Under the pieces are notes generated by a model, which saw nothing but the letters and a program-made list of their open reading frames with translations, had not been told where the DNA came from and did no database searches. Made by a program: the position numbers and the translations under genes. A stretch of 63,428 bases of DNA, the filler included, from Sphacelaria rigidula (taxonomy: Eukaryota): NCBI GenBank assembly GCA_964200075.2. It is 10 parts of 10 records of this genome, joined end to end, with 100 filler letters (N's around TTAATTAATTAA, not from the genome) between each part and the next. Parts side by side here need not be neighbours in the genome. Positions count along the whole stretch, not along the records: positions 25,413 to 31,665 come from CAXNAA020021212.1; positions 31,766 to 38,018 come from CAXNAA020021213.1; positions 38,119 to 44,371 come from CAXNAA020021214.1; 7 more parts are not named here. One strand, written 5' to 3'. Of this stretch, positions 26,547 to 39,157 are shown in pieces; the stretch's first letter is position 1, and each line of letters starts with the position of its first letter.

Positions 26547-27417
26547 TTAATACCCCCTAGATACACTCAAGTCTTTGCCGCACTTAGACATTATTGTGGG
26601 GTATAGTGTAGACGGGGACACAACTTTGGACAGTCTCGTTACCAGGCAAAGGTGTATCCTCCTTAGTACTAGGACATCGAAGTCGTCCGGCTGTTCATGC
26701 ATCCATGCCCTTATAAAAGAATTTAGAATTCTCGGGTCTAAGAACATAATATCCGTAATCGGGTACAGCTGTCTGAGGGAAGTTAAAAAATCGAAAATAG
26801 TTGCATATTCACTCTGATCATAGAATCCACAGGCGCGTAAGTCGTTCGCCATCCTCCTCCTTGCGTCCCAGGTTTGTCTGGGTACTCCCACTTGCTGTAC
26901 ATGGTTCTTCCTGCATCCCCAGTAGATGGTGGTTCCAGAAATAGTCTGTCTTGTTCCTTGAACGGCCATATTGCCGAGGCGAGCTCTTGCGCGTGTTGTC
27001 ACGCCATGATTCCGACACTTTCTACGATAGCCCCCCCCCAAAAAGTGCATGATTTTGGGAGGCAAAATCTTCACGTAAATCGAAAATGTAACAGCCGAGC
27101 ACAACGAGAAGCTGGGAATTCCCACGCTTGGGTTCGTTCTAGCCAATGTCGCCAATACGAGGCGCTTCATGCAGTGTGAACCCGAACATGATGAAGCGCT
27201 GTATGGCCATTTTTTTCGTGACACTTTTAGCTGGTTTTGGGGGGGGGCTATCGTAGAAAGTGTCTTCCTCATCGCCTGTTGGCGAGAATTGCGGCTATTC
27301 CTGGTGTTAACGCCATCGCGTATCACCTGTCGGCGCGTGTTGCGGGGGGCGCTTTCACGTAGCACGGTTGTTGTTTAGGTTGTTGAGGTTGTTGGAGTTG
27401 TGTCCTGATCTGCTCAT
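26547..27417 (-). pseudogene. Extra ORF downstream of copia pol, unknown function; one frameshift near 27360 and an in-frame MITE insertion
   Basis: ATG at 27417 (MSRSGHNSNNLNN..) shifts into the 272-aa frame 27365-26547. It is intronless, on the same strand as pol and starts about 230 bp after the RNase H stop. Confidence 0.55.
27014..27264. mobile_element. MITE, 251 bp, TIR GACACTTTCTACGATAG(C)nAAAA, 4-bp TSD TTCC
   Basis: Near-perfect TIR of about 30 bp; TTCC at 27010-27013 and 27265-27268. Other copies at 21833-22097 and, reversed with a gap, about 31945-32330. Confidence 0.92.
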
Positions 27418-27648
27418 TGTTGAAGAAAGAGGGTAGTGATGTACGATGTTGGTAGGCGAAGATGAGGAAGGTGTTTTGAAAGTTGTGATTGGATGCGCAT
27501 CGGTGTGGAGCCCAGCTCTGTCTCGTCGAAGTTTTTGACGTACGAAAGTCGGTACGTCCCCTCTAAAAATGACGCACCGGTAATGACACATGCCGGTTGG
27601 TACGTCACCCTTGTTGATGACGCACTCCTGTTGCCTCCGTTGCTGGGG

Positions 27649-30600
27649 TCACTTTTCGAGATCGACGACTGCGTTCAGGAGTCGTCGATGAATTGTCTTC
27701 TCGCAATACTTGATAAGTATATCGGCCAACTGACGACTAGTACTGACATAGTTAACAATCAGTTGGTCGTTGTTGACACGATCCTTAAGGCTGTAGAATC
27801 TGATCGCCAAGTGTTTACTTTTGTTACTATAGTTCGCGTTCGACGAAATATGAAGAGCTCCTTGGGAATCGGAGAAAATAGTTGGGGGCTGTATAGACGA
27901 CCACCCGAGCTCTCGCAGAAGATTGAAAAGGTATGTATCGAATTTCCCTCTTCTTGCCAGTGCTATAGGTTCAGCTTCGGTTGTAGATAAGGCTGTGATC
28001 CGTTGCAGGCTTGAAAAAAATATATAAGTCCATTTGCCAGAAAGAACATGGAGCTCGATGTTGACCTCATTTTTCCTCCAAGATCTTCGTTCCCATACGA
28101 CGAATCCACACATCATTTTAGTTCCAAATTGCTTCTTGAAATGCGGTAGACGATGGGTAGATCCGGTGTACCTTTCAGATAGCGAAAAATGCGTTTGACA
28201 GCTACCAAGTGTTCCGTGATAGGTTTACTCATGTAGCGGGCGACCTGTGTGGCGCTGAAGGCTATGTCGAATCTCGTGCACTGAGATAAAAAAATCAAAA
28301 CCCCCACCATAGCTTGGTACTGCTTTATCCCTTGAAGATCCAGTAGATGTTCCTCCGAGGCTGGTAAGGTACTATTGGTGATCCCAGGCGTATGTATTGA
28401 ATCACAGGACTCCATATTGAATTTTGTAGTAAGGAGATGATGTACTTGTGCTGAGATAGTTTGAGTGTTCCCCGCTCTGTATCTTTAGTTATCTCCACGC
28501 CGAGGATAAGAGACACTAGTCCAAGCTCTGAAATGGAGAATTCCTTCTTCATTTATCCTGAACATCTTGTGAAAGCTTGAACGAAGGTCCGGTCAGAAGG
28601 ATGTCATCGACAAATAACGTGAGCATAACGTATTCGTCATTTGGTCCTCTCGTATAGACGCAGGGGTCGCTCGCAGTAGCAGTAAAGCCGATTTTTCTCA
28701 ACTCGGAGTCTACCATTGCGTTCCATATATTCGGACCCTGTCTGAGACCGTACAAAGCTCGCCTCAGGAGCATCACATGTGGTTGTCCGGTAGTAGTGCC
28801 CGTTGTCTCAAAGCCCGGTGGCTACTTGCAGAATGTCGTCTCCTGTAGTTTTCCATTCAAAAAGGCTGTTTGAACATCGAACACTATTACTGGCCAGTTC
28901 TTTGCAGTTGCAATCGCGAGGAGGATTCGCTGACTCTCAAGTGGGCAGACTGGTGCAAAAGTGCTTCCGCAATCGAAGCCGTGTCGCTGTGCCCAAACCT
29001 TGTACAACTAGTCGAGCCTCACATCGTCCGTCAGTTTTTACCTTATAGACCCATCGCGTGTCAATTATGTTGTTGTTCGGTGGAACTTTTCCAGCTGGAA
29101 TAGTGTCAGCCACGCAATGGTCTTGGATGCTGCGGGGTTCGGCCAATATGGCTGCTCTCCATTTCGATTCGAAAGGTGAGGAAGATGCTTGTTTGAAGTT
29201 GTTTGGAACGAGAATTGATGCAGGTGGCACTACGCTTCCAATGCCAACCGTTCCGATACACTGTAGAGCAGTTTCCAGAGCCATGGATGGGTGTGGTGAA
29301 TGTTCTGCCGTCAGGGCTAGTTTACGTAGTTCTCTGTACTGCTGTTGAGTACTTGGAGATGATGTTGTGGTGTGGTCCACGCTGCCAGCAGGTTGTAGTC
29401 GCATTGGATGAGTAGAAGTAGTAGAACTGTCGTCGAAGTTTTCCACGTACTTTATGCCTCCGAAAACGTTGTTGTTGAAGTCGAAATTATGTTCAGTTTG
29501 TTCCTCGTATTGTTGAGTGTTAATATTCCCCCCCCAAGTAGTTGGAGTTGATTCTTGCCACATGTTCGTTGGAGTTCCGAATGCTTGTTCAATGAATTTA
29601 ACGTTTCTGGAACTACTAATCCTGCCGGAGTGCCGGTAGAAGACGCGGTATGAAGGGCTGTCGCTGCCGTACCCTATTTGAACTCCCTTCCGGGCATTGT
29701 CCTCTAGTTTATTGAGGTGTCCTTCCTTGTGTACGAACGCACAACAACGTATGGTACGTAAAAATGATAATTTCGCCTGTTTCCCGAACATCCTGTAGTA
29801 CGGTGTTTCGCCGTTGATGCTCCGATGCGGAAGGCGATTGATTAAAGATACTGCAGTCGCAGCAATCTCCCCCCACAGTTATTTGGGTAGTTTCGCTTCG
29901 CTCAAGAGGCAACGGGTTATGTTCAGAGTAGTTCTTCCGTCGCGTTCTAACATACCATTTTGTTGTGGAGTGTAGGGCGTGGTGAATTCTCGGAGAATTC
30001 CAGTTGTTTTGCAGTATCGACGAAGAGAATTCCAGGCGATGTACTCGAAGACCCTGGGGAATTGCCACGTCTTGAATGTACTTGCAGAGGGTAAAAAGCG
30101 CCTCACTTTGTGCCTTGATGAGGTATATAACTTTCAGTCGACTGTAGTGGTAGGTAAATTTAGCCATGTACCCATATCCTCCTAATGCAGTCGGTGTGAT
30201 GGGTCCTGACAGGTCGGTAGTTACCAATTGTAGACCATCAGTCACTGATGAGAAGTCCGCGGTCTTTGGATGGTTCTGTTGGGTGCTTTTATTCAGCAGG
30301 CACGTGTCACAGGAAGAAAGTGAACCTAAACACTTGACATCTGTCTCCGGTATTTTCATTATACGATGCATACCTGATTCAGCTGGATGGCTCAGTCGTA
30401 TATGCTATATTTCTGCACTCGCAGTGGTTGAAAGAGCCGAGGGATCGTCCTCGGTGGTCGTGGCTGTAAATGTTGTCCCTGGGCCCATGCATTCTCCAGA
30501 AACCACCTCAGCAGTAAGAGTTGACCCGAAGTTGGTGTCGAAGGTCTTCTGATCCCGAATAATCTTCATGTTGAGGAAGTGTAGCGTGCCATTATTGTTG

Positions 30601-31400
30601 GTGCGGATTGGAGTTTTGAATCTTCCAAGGTCAACCTGAGAGTTGACGGAGAATATGAATAGTACCCCTTTCAATAATGCTTTGACAGGTGAAACAGAGA
30701 TGTTTACTGAGGCCCGAAACAATAATGGCTGGAAGGCGGACGGAGTGCTGGTCACTCTGCTGATCACAGACGATGGAGTGCAGTACTCCTTCTCCTGTTC
30801 TGCTAAGTAGACGGCGACCTGCTGTCAGAATTCTCATGGGAGGATCGAGTTTCACAAAGTCAAACATCTCTCCTTCAATATTGGGAAGTAGCTGTTTGTC
30901 GATGAAATGGTGGCTGGCCCCGGAGTCGCAATCCATCTTAAGTGATATAGAAGTCCGTGGCCGAGTGTTGTCCTTGTCTGCAGCATCAGCAAAAAAGGTA
31001 GAGCCTATGCCGCTTGGTGGCGAGCACACGTCAGTCACTGTTGAAGATGAAGGTCCGCTGGTGTCTTGAACTTGGTTATTGGAAGGAACAGTAGTTGATG
31101 TAGTAGTTGATGCAGAGGTTGATGCAGTGGTTGATGCAGGATCCATGGTGACGGTATTAGCTTAATTCGGATGATTGATGGTGCTGTTTGCGCTGGAGCC
31201 GGAGTTATGGTTGTTGGTGCGTGTGTTGTTTTGACAGCGATGGTTGCTCTTGTTGTAGTAGTTGTCGTTCCTGCTGCTTCTCGTAGACGCACAACCGTTG
31301 GTGATTTGACTCTTGCATTCGGAATAGTCGTGTTTATCTGTACGATGCAGACTGCACCATTTCACAGGCCTGCTCCTGCTCAGTGTTACACCGTTTTCTT
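27649..31400 (-). mobile_element. Decayed Ty1/copia LTR retrotransposon gag-pol (frameshifted; 5' part cut by the scaffold end)
   Basis: Order on the minus strand: gag Zn knuckle KWCSLHRTDKHDYSEC; protease DCDSGASHHF; pre-integrase HIRLSH..CDTC; integrase TDLSGP and TPYTPQQNGMLER; RT RWVYKVK, FDVQTAFLNG, LYGLRQ and LFVDDILL; RNase H ALSTTEAE, SDSQGA, SKHLAIRF and QLADIL. PR-INT-RT-RH is the copia order. Confidence 0.97.
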
Positions 31401-32276
31401 TTTTAGAGCGAAATCACGCCTCATTGAGAAACGATGGATGATGGCAAATATCCAAATTTCGCCCCAAGATTCCGCACACCTTGCGCATGCAGCTGCGGCC
31501 CTGAAAGCATCGCCCAAAGGAAAGGAGTGGGCTCAAAGACGATCGAGATGTGTTTATATACTGAAAAGAAGTTCCTCACGCAAGCTGCATCGATAATGGT
31601 GCGGTCTGCTCGGAGCATTTGCAGAATCCGTGCAGCCTGGGCGAACCCCCCCCCCCCCTTTCCCCNNNNNNNNNNNNNNNNNNNNNNNNNNNNNNNNNNN
31701 NNNNNNNNNTTAATTAATTAANNNNNNNNNNNNNNNNNNNNNNNNNNNNNNNNNNNNNNNNNNNNGGCAGGCAACAGACAAGTACGCCCCCCCCTCCCCC
31801 CCGCTCTATGGTCTTAGATGACTCTGGCATGCATGATTATGAGTACACCCCCCCCCTCCTCTTGCTCCGTCTCGAAAGGGATGTGTGGTCAATGGTCAAA
31901 CGACTAAGGCAAGCAACAAATGAGTACGCTCTCCCCCCCTCCCCCCCGCTCCTCAAGTCAGCCTCAAACCAGACCCAACACTGTCACGAAAAAATGGCTA
32001 TTCAGCGCACGATAGCTGCTTTTCAGACTGCATGAAGCACCTCATGTGGGCAACATTGGCGAAAACGAACACAAGCGTGGGAATTCCCAGCTGCTCGTAG
32101 CGCTCAGCTTTTTTCATTCCGATTCACGTGAAGATGTTGCCTCCCAAACCAGCCACGTTTTGTGGGGAGGGAAGGGGGGGGGGGGGGGGGTGGGAGAAAG
32201 TGGCGGTGGGGGTTGCCCGGGGNNNNNNNNNNCTTGTGGTCTGGCCGTTTGTTTGAACGAGTGTCCCGTGAGGGCG

Positions 32277-32313
<37 letters not shown>

Positions 32314-34493
32314 CTGTCGCAGAAAGTGTCAGTGATGGTTCCCCAGGGATAGTGCAGCGGGGACACCAACCCCGCCCTACCGCACTCATCTGGGACCCCC
32401 GCGCTACACTGGTGTGTATTTATAGTAGTGCAATCACTTGGTAGTAGCGTAGCCGATCGGACTTGCGTGACAACTGTTTTCTTCTAACCGCGCTGCAGTG
32501 GGACATGCGCACTTTAGATGACCGCACTGTAGGGGGACAGCGTGTCAGCCGGGAGGCTGACGCAGGGGAGGGACGGGGCAGGGGGGAAAGGGGATGGGGT
32601 GATGACCAACGTGTACCGGTGATACCCATCATGTTCCATAGGATACGAAACGATAAAAAATCACAAGTAATATGGATTGTAGAGAGACACGCATGAACAG
32701 AACGAACCCCCCATCGACAACGAATTCATGAAGCATGGCATATTAATTAATGTAGCCATAAATAGCACACATCGTACAGTTTTCTTCAATTATTCCGTTG
32801 GACGGGTACAACGCTGTCCCCTTTCATGATGGTTGTGTATGGTTCACGAGAGTTTCGAAAACCTCGTGAGTGAGGACTTTTACTGCTGGCTCAACGTTTG
32901 TTGTTGTTGCTGATGAATGTATGTAAATACTCATATATATATATATGTGCATAAATCACACCCTGGGCAATGACATCATTATAAGGCAACATTGTGTCGT
33001 AGGGTATACCGGCTGAAATAACGGTATTTACCACACCCTAGTGACAATATATTACGTTTGTCAAGAAGTGTACTGCGTACAGTATGGACTATTCCGTCTA
33101 TTGTAATAGACAATACGATAGATTCCACACTGTACCCAGTACAATTTTTGTAAATGTAATCTATTGTCATCATCCAGCGTGTGGTATTGACAGGAACATG
33201 CAAAACATGTTTTTATCGGTAGATGCCCTTTCTGAACCACATCGAATTGTTTGGAGCAGGGTTCGAGACACTGCCGGACCATACTGGAATGTTCGATACA
33301 CATCCCGGTATGGTTTACTTTGTCAACCAAAAATCCTCCCTCCCACTAGATTGATCCGGCGAGAACCCGGCGTGCTCCTTCCCGGCCTTATCGGAGCGGA
33401 CCCTCTATGGGGTTGGCGTCGGTTGGCAACGACGCTGTAAAAGACGCCACTCACTGCGTAAGCGAGGCCACCATGTTACCGGGGTTTTTTTGCGCACTTG
33501 AGTTTTTTTCTGCGGTAACCATGATGGTGGTCCAGCTAGATCATGTTGTGCGGCGTCGAAGAATCGAAACTCCGTACAATGAGGATGATCGTACTACGTG
33601 GTGTTTACATGGTGAGACACCCATGAGGCAGTGTATAAGCCACGGCTGTCTCTGGAAGTGGCGATACCAGAAAAGGAAGCAACTCATTGGAGGCTGTCAT
33701 CCAAATGCAAGATAGTTAGAAGGCTTCGGGCCGAACAACCTTAGCCGGATGCAGCTCACCCTTCATGCGATTCGCCGAGCACACCACGGCCCTTCGCGCA
33801 TGGTGAGTGATTGCGAGCGTGGTCCGGCGAAAACCTGGCGTGCTCCATCCCGGCTTTGTAGGGATGCGAGTTAAATGGTCGTGTGACCATGGCATGCAAG
33901 ATCACGAGTACACCCCCAAACACACACTTCCGGGTATACCCTAGAGGACAAATATTGGCACTGCGTACAGTACAACAGGCTACTACATCATAAAGTTCAC
34001 GAGATGGAAGATACCAAGTAAAAAAAACACAGAGGTAATATGGGTGGACGATTTCTCCCTGAGAGATTTCTTGTACGAGAGGATATCGCCCCTCCATGGT
34101 TAAACACGGCCATTATCCACAAGCCGGATCTCGTTCGCCACCAATTGAAAAACATCCGGGAGAAAAAAAAATGGCAATGCATCCTAATGTCCAGGAAGTG
34201 TCATATACACAGATATATATTTACTTCATATGTGCCATAAGTAAAGCCCGTTATGGGAGTCAGCTCGTATCTCGCCAACAGAGTTGCCAACCATGCTATA
34301 GTTAGGCTTTTTGTAAAGCTATAGATGTAGTGATGCTCACGAAGACGGGAAACAAAAACATGACGTACTTACTGAGAATTAGTAGGTCGAAAACTGGGAA
34401 TTTTGGCCGTTTTATGAGAACGTTTTTGAGTACATCTTCACAATTTAGATTCATCATCGACGTTTGAGCGCCCACTACCCCCCGACAACCACG

Positions 34494-34815
34494 ATGAACA
34501 CTCCCCCAAGACGCAAACGGGGCGCCAAGCTATCGTTGGGCAGACGTTATGCCATGGCGGTGGAAATGGCGGTGGAAATGGCGTTGGCCATTCCGCCAGA
34601 CAAAACAAGGGCGCCCCAGGGCGTTCTACGCCCCATGGCGAAGCGTTATGGTGTTAATAATGACTACCCAAGAAAACAGTGGTCCGAGTGCAAAGCTGAG
34701 ATCGACGGAACCGGGGAGCTCGACCTCTCAAACAAGACTCGCAGTGGGCGGCCGTCACTTTTTACACCAACAAAGACCGCTGCGCTGCAGAAGATCAACA
34801 AGACGAATCGGTCGG
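34494..34815 (+). pseudogene. Truncated Tc1/mariner-type transposase N-terminal HTH region
   Basis: MNTPPRRKRGAKLSLGRR...MAKRYGV..DYPRKQW...DLSNKTRSGRP fits a paired-like HTH ending in the RSGRP linker. No DDE/D domain follows. Confidence 0.6.
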
Positions 34816-35066
34816 TCGTTTTTTTTCGACAGTTTTTAGCCCCTCGAAAAAAGGCTAAATCCGGCCTTTTTCAGGCCGACTCCTTTTTTTTTCGGCCCGT
34901 TCGTGCATGCAGGGTAGGGTGGCGTGTGGAAAAAAAAAAAGAAGGTTTTCAACCCGACAAACACCGAAGGATTTGGGGGGGGGGGGGTTATCATCGCCTG
35001 CGGCATCGGACACGGCTAAGAGTCCGTGTAATCAGAACGGACTTCACTTATGGCACAGAGGAAGTA

Positions 35067-35652
35067 CAGTAGTGGGCGGTCTAACTATTCATTTTTTGGC
35101 ATTTTGTGATTTTTTTCGTATTTGGCGATTTTTGTGGGCTGTTTTCGCTTGCCACCGCTGATCACATCGGTGATCTGAAGATATTTGTATCGACTCCACA
35201 TTCCAAGAAGAAAAAATCCTCTGTACTCAATATGGAGTGACTTACGGGCTGACTAGTCATCGGGGGTCCTGCCACGTTTCAGCCCAGATTCTTACTCTTC
35301 TGTATTTTCGATTGATCGAGCCCGTCCCGATCATATTTGTAAATAGATATACAGCTTTATTTTTTCGAAATTCCGCCTACTCAGTGCACTAGGGCCGAAA
35401 AACTGTGTTTCACGGTCAATAACACACTTCTGATGAGGGGGGTATTTACTCGTTTCACTCGATAACTCGTTTCGCTCGATAACTCGTTTCGCCCGAAAAC
35501 ATCAACCAACACTGACTTGGGCACTGTGTTTCGAGGATGATTTGCTTTGTTGTACCAAAATCTACCGACGGTAGCAATTTCGAGTCCTATCGAAGAGTAG
35601 TACGCGAGGAAAACCCCAAAACACCGCAGAATAGTTAGACCGCCCACTACTG
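35067..35652. mobile_element. Tc1/mariner-type (Stowaway-like) MITE, 586 bp
   Basis: Perfect 24-bp TIR CAGTAGTGGGCGGTCTAACTATTC, flanked by TA on both sides. Confidence 0.93.
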
Positions 35653-36481
35653 TATGCATATACGCTTCCGCCGTTTGTTTTTTCCTCACAGACGCCTGAT
35701 CAAAAACATCATTTCCAAGTTTCGGACGTGGTAAAACGACAGTAGCAGCGAGTATATACAGTATGTAGAACATACGCATTTGATGCAAGCTAGTCTGCAG
35801 TAAACACTGCGCGTGAGTTAGTCGTCAACCGTTTCCGTGTTTTGTGATCTTGTGTGAACATTGTGCTCTACCATTCCTCGGGTGCCAAAACTCTTTTTGG
35901 AATAACATCAACGGTTGACCTTCCGAGGCCAGTCAACCGGCGTTGGGCCACAAATGTCCCTGGTTGACACAATTTACAAGTATCGCCACCCCTAACCCTA
36001 ACCCCAACCCAGTGCATACCGAGAATCCTCGGGCAAAGCCGGTACATAGCATTCTTTGGGCAAAGTGCGGCCTTGGTAGACTCCACATCGGCGCCTGTGG
36101 CGCCGATTTCAACGAAAACGCGTTCTGCGCACGCGAGGAGCACACGGAACTGTCAGTCCTATTAAAGATCTGATTCTAGATGGTGACACACTCAAATCAC
36201 GTAATATCAACCATGAACATTTGTAGCCCAACGCCGTTCAACTTCTACTGGACCTTCATGACGCCTGCCTTGTGGTCACGGCCAGACCCCTCCGGGATCA
36301 GCTGATGCGCGATAGCCGATCAATCAACCCAATACTCTTGAGTTCCCCACATAGCTACGATTCCCTACATCTCACTGGAACTTCAACGTAGCTTCACCAC
36401 CGGCAGCCTGCGCTTGAGAGACCTTCCCTCAAACCCAAAACTCCGGGTTGGATTATTCTACCCGTCATTGCACGTAGGTCC

Positions 36482-36685
36482 CAAGGGCAGGTTAAGTAGG
36501 GTATACCCAATTGCGGGGTATTTTGAAGATCGTACTTCAAGTACTCAAATTGGGGTATGGTGTTAGGAGTCGTACCCAAAAAATGAGTGGAAAACGACCT
36601 CTTATACCCTACCCCATTTTGTGTACTTCAAGTACGACTTTCGAAATATCCCGCAATCGAGAATACCCTACTCGATCTGTCCTTG
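36482..36685. mobile_element. hAT-type MITE, 204 bp, 8-bp TSD GTAGGTCC; partial copy at about 41955-42125
   Basis: Imperfect TIR of about 75 bp starting CAAGGGCAG and ending CTGTCCTTG; TSD at 36474-36481 and 36686-36693. Confidence 0.9.
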
Positions 36686-39157
36686 GTAGGTCCTCAAAAC
36701 CGAGGGCGGGGGGGCGGGGGGCGTACCCGTTTGTTGGTTGCCGTAGCCATTCGACCATTGAGCACGCATCCCTTCCGAGACGGAGCACGGTTCTTACAGT
36801 ACTCGTAATAGAGACGCCTCCAACGTTCGGGCGCTTATTGCGTTTCTCCCAAACATTACAGAAAAAGCATTTTACATATACATGTTTTGGCCAACAAACG
36901 ATATATATATATATATACATTCTCTTCGGAATGCTAAAATATTTATTTTTCAAAAATATACTTACAACGTCGATTGATCCTTGCTCCCCCGGCCATGTCC
37001 GCCCGTTGACCCCAGTGCCTACAGACCTCCCTATAGGCCCCACAGCCAGGGCCGCATCCACCTCAAGGTACACCTGACAAAAAAAGGAGCAACGGGCATG
37101 TGTATGTTGCAGTTCGTTGTGTACGTCGAAAAAACTCCGGCGTCGAAAACGCGTGAGTGAGAACATCAACAGGAACCTCGGAAAACATATCACTGCTCGC
37201 TAAAGAAGAGGGTGACATGGGGGGGAAGCGGACACGATAGAACAAAATGAAGTCCAACTGAAAAAAAAAAAAACAGAGCGAAACGAAAAAAAGGCGGGAA
37301 GGAGTAAAAGGAAGGAGATGGGCAGAGAGGCGCTAGATAGAGATAAAGTATATATAATCATATGTGTACGTAGCAAGAGTCTATACATATATATATATAT
37401 TGATATGAGTTGTAAACAGAAATTCCGTCGATCCAACTATTCGTAGGCGTGTATACAACAACAACCAATCCAGCTCAGTCTCTTTTGCCATGGTTAACGG
37501 GATACAGGGCACATGCACCTTTTATTTTATTTTATTCATGCATTTTTCATCCTGCTGTGTGTGTGTGTGTGTGTGAGCAGTCAGCGCTCCATCATACGAA
37601 TATTCGTGCATGCATGACGACATGTATCAGCTGGTTAGCGCCCATGTCCGACCAGATCATAACACGCAGTGTATGCGTGGCAGTGGGTTATTTATATGCA
37701 AGCGTTATTGAAATTCCCCACCAAAATACAACCATCCTAGTCCAACCCCTCCCCCCCTCTTTGGGGGTTAGGGCTGAGGTTTTTAGCGTTAGCGTTAGCA
37801 ACGCTTCATGGTCGCAAACTTCGGATAGAGTTCTTTTAAGATGCATTCGATCAAGTGGTGATATGAGCTCACTCTCGGCAGTCATGAATGATTACCTGTC
37901 CTCCGCTCTTGAGCATTTCCACGGCGGCGTCTGAGCGAAGGGGAATCACCATGTCAACCACCTGCACCGGCAAGTAGCGCATAAAGTTCGGAGAGAGACG
38001 GGGGATGGGGGGAGGGGGNNNNNNNNNNNNNNNNNNNNNNNNNNNNNNNNNNNNNNNNNNNNTTAATTAATTAANNNNNNNNNNNNNNNNNNNNNNNNNN
38101 NNNNNNNNNNNNNNNNNNCCTGCCCCGCCTTTTTTTTTCCCTGTTTTTTTTTCTGTTTTTGTGTTGGGGGGGGGGCGGCGGACGAGGGGGAGGATATCGA
38201 CATCATTTTCAACTCCAATCTGAATCGTCAGAAACTGTACCACTAGGAAACACCAACGAGCTCACTTTGGACCAGACCATACTCTCTTCAGATACCACTG
38301 GTGCGTGCCACGAGCATCTGTCCAGTTACCACCGACTTTAGTCTCAGTCCTTGATCTAGCCCCAACGCTCACCCTTGGACTTTCGATCCAAATCTAAACG
38401 CTGTGCTTACCGCTTGTCGCCACATTCCCAATGCACAAGGTTCCAGTGGGATGTGCTGGTGGCACCTGGAGATTCTAGTAGAGTATGTGCCAGACCTATT
38501 GACACTATGCACTGTGATGGATATCTTTCATCATTCGACATGTTCAACACTGTGGGGAAAAAAGTAACTTCCAACTCTGTTTGAGGGGAATAAGTAAAGC
38601 CTTGAGTCCACAGGGTAGGTAGTGCCCGCAACACTAGCTCTCCCCGTCAGGGCGAAATTAGAACAACTCTCGTGACAACGACGGTGTCCACCACAGCACC
38701 ATCGTCTCGTCATCAAATACGCTGATGGTCTCTTTGAAAGAGTGCTGAAGAGCTCACGCAGTCTTCTTTCGCGAGAGTTTTCCCTCACATGACTAGGATA
38801 GAGAGTAGTCGTCCACCTAGTGGCATTTCAGTGAGAAGGAAGACACGCGGTGACGGCAACAACGACGACAGCGACGACAGCGACATCAGCGACGAGAGAA
38901 AACATTCCGGAAATAACGATGTCTAGATGGACAACCTTCAACGGCAATCTTCCGTTGCCCACGACAAAATTTGAGCTCGCGTGGTGTTGCAACTCACATT
39001 GTTTTCGTGAGATTGAGAGTGGAGCGTTGAGTGGGAGCGGGTTTTGTCATTCGCTTTCACTTGACCATTCTTTTACTGTGTGTGTGCTTCTCTTCGCTTG
39101 CAACACTGGTGTGTGCTCACAGCTACACGTCCGTATTCCACTCAGGGATATTAAGGG

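Noticed and set aside
35428..35500. CTGATGAG...CGAAA hammerhead-like core
   Set aside because: I could not form stems I and III or a cleavage triplet by eye; it is internal sequence of a DNA MITE.
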